Source: the human T2T-CHM13v2.0 reference genome, Homo sapiens. From it: a DNA stretch of 64,000 nucleotides. A model generated the notes under the pieces. It had not been told where the DNA came from and did no database searches. It worked only from the letters and a program-made list of their open reading frames with translations. Of the stretch, positions 56,254 to 64,000 are shown piece after piece. The DNA is taken from NCBI RefSeq assembly GCF_009914755.1, contig NC_060930.1; one strand, given 5' to 3'. Each line of letters begins with the position of its first letter. Within the stretch, counting starts at the first letter, position 1. Made by a program: the position numbers and the translations under genes.

Positions 56254-58810
56254 ATGTTGTCTTCAAACAAACCAATGTTGTCTTCTAATAGAAGTAGCTA
56301 TAAAATATTTGCTTGAATACGCGTCAGTTGGAGTGTTTATTCAAAATGATGATTCTATACTTCCACAACATGCAGTAGGCTTTTGTTGTAACTTTGGAAT
56401 TTTAACTTTAATTCAGCAGTAAAAATAATTATTCTGATTCCCAGGAAACTCACTTTGGAAACTATTTTACTTGAGAAGAGTTCCTAAAATTTCCATCCGT
56501 CAAACATTTCCTCATTTGACCACACTATTGAAGTATGACTAATACTAGTTCATATTAAATAAACCATAAAAATAGAGTAATTTAAAATGAATCTATATAA
56601 ATAAAAACAGTTTAAGGCAAGTCTTTTTTCAAGAGCAAAACCTAAATTGTGAGAACATTGAATAATAATCTTGGCTTAATTTCACATCATAACTTTTACA
56701 ATGTCCAGGGTACAGCCTCATCATACTCAACTTCAATCCAGTGAAAGAAGAAAATATGACCAGTTCTCCAGAGAACATACAATCATTGCAGGAAAACCTT
56801 ATGAATACTTAGCTGTTAGAATTGGCAAGAAATATTTTAAAGCAATTATTATAACTGTGCTCAATAACAATAAAAAAAGTGCCTAACATATGAAAACATA
56901 AGAAACCAAATAAATAGAAACCATAAAAAGAAACAAATGGAAATTTAGAACTAAAAAATACAATATTAAAGATTAAAAATTTATTGGGGTAGGTATAAAA
57001 GCAGATTGCAGATGCGAGAGAAAAAGTCAGTAAGCTAGAAGATCAATCAATAAAAATTATCTGATGTTTTATTAGTAAAAAAAGAGGGAGAATATGATTA
57101 AAAAATAAATGGTACCTCAGGGATCACTGGGATAATATTAAAAGGTAACATGCCTGTAATTAGAGTCCAGGAGGAGAGCAGAGAGAAAACGGGACAGAAA
57201 AATTTTGAAATACATTATGGTTTACAATGTCTCATAAATTTAGTCATAAATTTAAGAGACTGAAGTTTAGACAGTTCCAAGAAGGATGAATATTAAGAAA
57301 TCCACATCAAACCCATCATAGTAAAACTACTAATAACACAGTTAAAAGAAAAATCTTTAAAATAGCCATAGAAAAATGACACGTTATGTATAGAGGAGTA
57401 CAGACTTTTTAAAAATTCTAGAACTGAGCAACACAATAGCTGTAATAAAAAATTCATGAAAAATGAGTGATGTACAGAAGAATGGTCATGAACTTGAAGA
57501 TAGGACTATGCAAATTATCCCATCTGAAGAACATAGAGAAAAGTAAATTACAGAAAAATAATAGCACTTCAGTGATTGTGAGACAATACCAAGTAGACAA
57601 AATATAAATGTAGTTCTAGGAGAGGACAGAGGAAAATGAACAGAGAAAATATTTCAAGTAACAATGTCCAGATTTCTCAAACTTGGTGAAAGGCATCTAT
57701 TTACAGATAAGACACAAGAAGCTCAGTAGGTCTCAACCAAGTTAAATACCAAAAAGCTAAACATACCTAGGTACATACACAAACTGCTCCAAGCCGAATA
57801 CAAAGGGCAAATTTTGAAAGCCAGAGAAAAAGGGGACATTGAAAAAGGGAGAAAGAACAATAGAAATTATATCTGACTTCTCATCAGAAGCAAGGCTGGA
57901 AGTAATGGAATGACGTCTTTCAAGCAGGGGCCAGGGTAAAGAAAGCCAAAATACACATACTACAATCACAACAATAACAAAAACACTTAATCCCAACTTT
58001 TAATCCAGCAAAAATATTCTTCAAAAATAAAGATATTTTACGGTTTTTTTTAAAGCTAAGAGAATTTTCCACCAGCACACCTAAACTGTAAGATAGAAGT
58101 GCTAATACTTCTATTTGAAATACAAGTAGAAGGTAAATATAAAAAGCTAGCTATTTGTTATTTTTTAAAGACAACTTTTTTAAAAAAAATTAATGTCTAC
58201 TTAAGGCAAAACGATATCTCTTCCTTATAGGATTTAAAATCTATGTAAAATTAGTGACACTACAAGCCCAAAGAACAAGGCATATTAAATGGAATTATAT
58301 TGAAAGGTTTTTACATTTGTAAGCTGTGAATTGGTATAATATAAATTTAATGTCAATTGTGATGAGTTAAGAGATATACCGTACTTTCTAGAACAACCAG
58401 TAAAATTCGTAAAAAAAAGATATAAAGGTAACGACTATATAAATTTTTATATAACTAAAAAGCATGTGGAAGAAATAAAACAGAATGCTAAAAGATGCTA
58501 TATTAATTCAAAAGAAGGCAGGGTAATCAGAAGGGAGAAACATAGAAGAGGGTAAAAAATAGAAAAATAATAGTAAAATGGTAGACTTAAACCCAATCAT
58601 AAGTATTCCAATGATAAAGACAACAGGTAAATGGAAAGTAATAGAGTGCGAATGTTACAGCATAACAAAGCTGATGGGACTCTATTAATATCAGACAACG
58701 TAGACTTTAGGACATGTAGGATAACCATCATAAGAGCTATGCTTTGTAAATATAAAAGCATGATTCATCAGGAAGACATAACCATTTTAAATGTGCACCT
58801 AATCGTAGAG

Positions 58811-58894
58811 CTTCAGAATGTAAGTATGTCCTCATACTTACTTCAGAATGTAAGTATGTCCTCATACTTACTTCAGAATGTAAGTATGTCCTCA
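58811..58894 (+). repeat. 30-bp tandem repeat x2.8 with an internal hairpin
   Basis: cttcagaatgtaagtatgtcctcatactta repeated exactly; gtaagtatg/catacttac 9-bp stem. Confidence 0.95.
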
Positions 58895-59682
58895 ACCTGA
58901 TGAAGGCCATCCACAAAAAACCTACATCTAAAACTATATTAATGGTAAAAGATTAAATTATTTTCCTAAGATCAGGAAAAAAGCTAGGACAGTTGCCTTA
59001 CCAGTCCTATTCAATATTATACTGGAGGTTCCATTTGGTGCAACAAGACAAGATAAAAAAAATAAAAGGCATCCATATTGGAAAGGAAAAAAAATGTTAA
59101 GACAGGAATTGACCCACAATTATAGCTGGAAATTAGGATGCATCTTTCCTAGTAACTGAGCAAAATTTACAAATAACACTATCAAATAATCTGACCTAGT
59201 TGATATTTCTAGGGCACTATGACCAGCAACTTCAGGTTCATATTTGCTTCACATGCACATGGAATATTATTAAGTAGACCATAATCTAGGCCATCAAAAG
59301 TTTCCATACATTTCCAAAGAATGAAATATTACAGAGTGTGTTTTTGACAATATAATTAAATTAGAAATCAATAATAAAATACACCTAGAAACTTGCAAAT
59401 ATTAGACACTAAACAATACTTCTAAATAACCCATGAGTTATAGGAGAACTCACAAGGAAATCAGGAGATATTCTTAACTGAATAAAAACGAAAACATAGC
59501 ATTTCAAAATTTCTGGGATGCAGCAAAAGCAGTGAGTTAGGGAAATTTATACTTTAAATGCCTACATAAAAACAGAAGAAAGGCTTTAAATCAGTGGTAC
59601 GTTTCCAGCATAGAAAATTAGAAAAAGGCAAATTAAACACCGAGTAAGTAGAAGGAAGGAAATAATTCGGATGAAAACATAT

Positions 59683-59875
59683 CTCTGGGGGTTGGTGGCG
59701 GGGCAAGGGGAGGGAGAGCATTAGGACAAATAGCTAACGCATGCGGGGCTTAAAACCTAGACAACGGGTTGATGGGTGCAGCAAACCACCATGGCACACC
59801 TATACCAATGTAACAAACCTACACGTTCTGCACTTGTATCCCAGAACTTAAAGTAAAATTTAAAAAAAAAAGAAA
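59683..59875 (+). mobile_element. L1PA (PA8-like) 3' end, 5'-truncated
   Basis: ggagggagagcattaggacaaatagctaacgcatgcggggcttaaaaccta...cccagaacttaaagtaaaat plus poly-A; TSD gaaaa(c/t)atat. Confidence 0.9.
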
Positions 59876-60400
59876 GAAAATATATATTTGAAATAAAAAG
59901 AGACAAACAGTAAAGATGCCAAAAGGTATTTCTCTGAAACAGTTAATACAACTGATAACCTCTGAGCAAAACTAATTAACTGACCAAACTCAAAGGATAT
60001 CAGGGTTCCCTTTGCAGATATTGTTAATAGTAATGATACTATGTTTATCAAATGCCTTCAATTGATAAAATGCATTTTACAAGTGGATTTTTTCTTATTC
60101 AATTCACAAAGTAACTGAGTTATTTCTAATTTCTAATTTCAATTTCTATAAAATTAATCTTTCATATTCTTGCATGTTAGAAAACATTTTCTTCTATTTA
60201 AAAGATATTTTAGTCTGCCCTTTCTTCATTATCACTTTTATGATTCAATTTATTTATTTTTACTACTTGTAAACTATTCATATTTTTACTAAGCTTTGTA
60301 TGCTTCACAGAATAAATAATGTTAATATTTCCAAATGCAGCGGATTTCTAGTATTTGACAGGTAAGCCTTTGCAAAGTTAATATATTGTATTTGAAATAC

Positions 60401-60500
60401 CCCCTGGGAGGCGGAGCTTGCAGTCAGAGGAGATTGTACCACTGTACTCCAGCCTGGGCGACAGAGCCAGACTCCGTTAAAAAAAAAGAAAAAAAAGAAA
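60401..60500 (+). mobile_element. 5'-truncated AluY-like 3' fragment
   Basis: gggaggcggagcttgcagt...ccagcctgggcgacagag plus A tail; TSD gaaata. Confidence 0.88.
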
Positions 60501-60687
60501 GAAATATTCAAGCTGCTGAACAAGGAAATCAGACAACCTCTTTTGTTTATAAGCAGGATCCCATCAGCCTTATCTCCTAACTAGATAAATGTAACCAGTT
60601 ATTGAAGCATTACCACAGTTAAATAATATACAAAGAGAGCCCCTCACCTCTCCTGGCAAAAAAAGAGCCTTTAAAGAAAAGATTTCT

Positions 60688-60845
60688 GCACCTGCCTGTA
60701 GTCCTAACTACTTGTGAGTCTGAGGCAGGAGGACAGCTGGAGCTCAGGAGTTCAAGGCTGCAGTGAGCTATAATTGTGCCACTGTAGTCTAGCCTGGGTG
60801 ACAAAGTGAGACCCTATCTCTACTAAAAACAAAAAAAAAAAAAAA
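60688..60845 (+). mobile_element. FRAM / AluJ right-arm monomer
   Basis: gcctgtagtcc...caggagttcaaggctgcagtgagctataat; TSD-like aaagaaaagatttctg / aaagaaaagaaattctg. Confidence 0.85.
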
Positions 60846-61323
60846 GAAAGAAAAGAAATTCTGAATTCCTTTCTTTCTTTGACCAATTGTTCTGGATGTT
60901 TCATAGTTTGTGTCTTTCCTTGTGTCTATACTATAACCCCTTTTGAACAATTAGCACTTTATTATTTCCTATACAAACAAAATAGCCCTAATGCCCTCAA
61001 ATATGGTTCCAAACAGTGTAAGAAGATTGCAGCCTGTCTGAACTGTCAGCCTTCTTACTTCTAAAGTCATTTTTGTTTATTAGTTCCTCATCACCCATCA
61101 GACCTCTTTTAGAATGTCTCAAACTGTTGTTACATTAATGGAGGATTTCAACTCCCCACATAGAAAAAAGAAAATACTCATAGGTAATTACTTATCATAT
61201 TAAACATGCACAGGTTTGTGTGCATGTGCACACACACATAGGTACCCTAAAAATAAAGTTTGCTGGATTCAAAATATTCATGGCATTTGGGAAGAAGAGA
61301 AAGGGCAGGTCTTCGCAGTATGC

Positions 61324-61614
61324 TTCTAGATCTATTTTAAATATGTAATAATAGTGGAGGGATCAGTTTATTTTTAGCCTGTTTACCTTAAGAAAATATA
61401 TAATCTCAGTTAATCATGTGTTGATACGATGGGTGCAGATAAGGATGTATTAAGGGATATATGATGTGTGCAGATAGGGATATTCTAGATCTATTTTAAA
61501 TATGTAATAATAGTGGGGGGATTGGTTTATTTTTAGCCTGTTTACCTTAAGAACATATATAATCTCAGTTAATTATGTGTTGATACAATAGGTGAAGATA
61601 GGGATATATGAAGG
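61324..61614 (+). repeat. near-tandem duplication, about 132-bp unit, period 159 bp
   Basis: ttctagatctattttaaatatgtaataatagtgg...gtttatttttagcctgtttaccttaagaa... at 61324 and 61483, about 11 mismatches. Confidence 0.95.
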
Positions 61615-62009
61615 AATCTATGCAAACTCAAGATAATCACACTTAATTTTTTAAAGTGCAAGTGAGAACACAAATCATTTCTAGGGTTTCATCATTGCCT
61701 GTATTAATCAGTAAATAAACAAGTACTTATGTGATTACTAAGTACCGAGAAATATCAACACGGAGAAGTCCATTAAAGGTCCACACAACACAGTGCCCTC
61801 TGCTTTAATGTACAAGCTTATACGAAATAGATTCCAGAGAATTTTTGAGGTATGTTCATGTATTTCTACTTCATTTATCAAATATTATTTTGGCATGTAC
61901 TATTACTCAACTCTGCTATAGTTTCTAATAGGAAAATTATGACTGCAAAGAAAATGGTAAGAGAGGAAGAGACATGAGACACAGCCTGGGAGCAAATAAC
62001 TCAGCATTA

Positions 62010-62170
62010 GACTAATAATGTGCTAAACATTTTACAAACATTGTCTCATTTTTGTCCTAACAAGAAAGCTGAGGTGTGCTTTTACTATTTTGATCATACA
62101 GATGAAGAAATTGTCACATTGCTATTAAGTAAAAGAGCCAAATTTTGAAACAAGACTTTTCTCATTCTAC
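62010..62170 (-). mobile_element. MIR SINE
   Basis: tgtgctaaacattttacaaacattgtctcattt..tcctaacaa...catacagatgaagaaattg. Confidence 0.65.
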
Positions 62171-62869
62171 TAATTAAAAATGCCTTTTGTTTATAACTCG
62201 ATTATAAATTATAATTTCTAATTGTATTGTGAATTATAAGCCCAAAATGAGTTGAGAGCTTTAGAAGATACATTGTCTCTCAAGAGCCGACAGGGATTGG
62301 AAAATTTATAGCCTAATTTATCAAGCCTTGAACAATACAGAATTTACTTTTAGTAAGGTTTCTGTGGATGATTGCCTAATCTGGTGTAAACCAAAGAGAT
62401 GCCCAGGCTTTTTAAAAATCAGGCATGCCCATAACTAGCATGATTATTTTCATTCAGGAATCCCAAGGGATCTGTTTCAATGGCTAAATTTCCTTGAAAA
62501 TTCAATTATTCCTCAGATCATCCAATACTCAGTTGTGAAGTACCGTATTATGAAATCCACATGGTGGTAGACGCCCTAACTGTGTTTGTTCTTCTACAGT
62601 AATCAGACATCAAAGGTATTTATATTTCTTAATTTAAAATGTCTTATTAAAAATATAAAGCTATCTATTTAAATCTTGGTCATTAAATGGGCTGCTCAAA
62701 CATGTTAGAGAAATCAGCCATTTTTATTTTATTTCATGTTATTTAAATAATTACATTCAGCAAATTTCAGGCAGTATTGCCATGGTCGTACTCATTTTTA
62801 TGTTGACTTTTTGTTTGGATTCAATGCGTTGACTTTAAATGTAGCTTCTCCATGCTCACTTCCTCACTT

Positions 62870-63110
62870 TCAGGAGGTGGCATGATTTGCAATCAGAGAG
62901 ACTTGAGCTAGAAATGGCCATACCATGGCACCTCTCACCTGCCACAGAAAGGTGTGTCTTTGGGTGAGCTATATATCATCTCTGGGTTTCAGTTTCCTCA
63001 CTTGTAGAATGAACATAATGTGTTTACTTTCCAGGCCAATTTTTAGGTAAGCAGAGATAACGTATGTCACCTGAACACATATAATCAGTATTCAATAACA
63101 TGTTATTAGA
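62870..63110 (+). mobile_element. MIR SINE
   Basis: gtgtgtctttgggtgagcta..tctctgggtttcagtttcctcacttgtagaatg...attcaataa. Confidence 0.7.
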
Positions 63111-64000
63111 TAAATGATAGACATTATTGTCTACAATCTTCTTAAGTCACTTTACATCAACCTATTATGTTGATAGGACTAATGCCAGTTATTTTTCATA
63201 TTTTTCTTTTACCAACTATAATAATTACAAAATTAGATATGCAGAGCTAATAGCTTTGCTTCTTTCTCCACCCCTGCAAAACACAAAAAACAAACAACAG
63301 AACAAAAACAAAATGTCTTAAGAAGAAAGACAATTTGTATCAAGATTCTTCAGAGAACAATCTATTTTTCCAGAGTTATTTACATTACTCTGGACAATCA
63401 TTTTCCCCAGATGCCCTTTCTGTTGTGTCTTGTGCTTTAAAGTTTGATTCTTCTGCCATGTCGTCTATGAGTCGTAGAAATATGGATTAAATATCCCCTT
63501 TTTATAGCCAATAATGGTGCTAATCACTGTCTTACCATTGTTACATTATAGGTATATGTGATTGCACATAATATCCAATTTCCTCTGTCTCATTCTGTCT
63601 TAATAAAACATTTCCAAAATTCTTAAAATTTTTTGGATCTCCCTTCTACCTCGCCTAAAAGTATTGATGATATTTCACCAGCCCAGAAATAACCACTCAG
63701 TTTTCTTTACTGCTTTGTACTATAAGAATATGTTCACATATATTATTTTCATATGCATTTTATAAAAAGGCACATGTATAACTTTAATCATTTTCCAATT
63801 CCCACCAACCCAGAACCTCACAAAATTTCCATAAGTGATGATAGAGTTATATTCTGCACCACTGTTGACTGAGGGCTGCTAAATAGTGTCACAGAGGAAT
63901 TGGCAAGTAAAGTGACAGCACACATGAGTCATTATTTTTTAATTCAGACTCCAAGCCAGGAAACTTCCTTCATTCCAAAAGGACTTTAAAACTCTATGCC

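Larger units (their letters stand above)
56620..59995 (+). mobile_element. old L1M relic (ORF1 present twice, ORF2 endonuclease region), rearranged
   Basis: ORF1 motifs gaactaaaaaatacaata/gaactgagcaacacaata and ctgacttctcatcagaa; ORF2 EN motifs ctattaatatcagacaacgtagacttta, gattcatcaggaagacataac, aattaaattagaaatcaataa. Confidence 0.8.

Noticed and set aside
58811-58894. 30-bp palindromic repeats resembling a CRISPR array
   Set aside because: Units are head-to-tail with no unique spacers, there are no cas genes, and the context is a primate L1.

Overview
AT-rich primate (human-like) genomic DNA, intronic or intergenic and dominated by fossil transposons. I count about 11 Alu/FRAM copies, several old L1M relics plus an L1PA 3' end, and L2 and MIR fragments. 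There are also MaLR solo LTRs (THE1, MST, MLT1), a MER61-like ERV1 solo LTR, an LTR16/ERVL proviral relic with recognisable integrase and dUTPase remnants, and MER2/MER5 DNA transposons. I can support no protein-coding gene, tRNA, rRNA or CRISPR array. The ORF-track entries are Alu, LTR, L1 or microsatellite read-throughs, or chance ORFs. I found no evidence of a novel biological system. The most notable features are local rearrangements: dispersed and tandem duplications of 55-170 bp, several with fold-back hairpin filler at their junctions; an out-of-order L1 RT fragment flanked by a hairpin 30-mer triplication; and a perfect 64-bp palindrome. A very young AluY insertion and a repeat-free, motif-rich candidate enhancer also stand out. 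Subfamily names come from recalled consensus sequences, not a database search, and boundaries of old elements are approximate.
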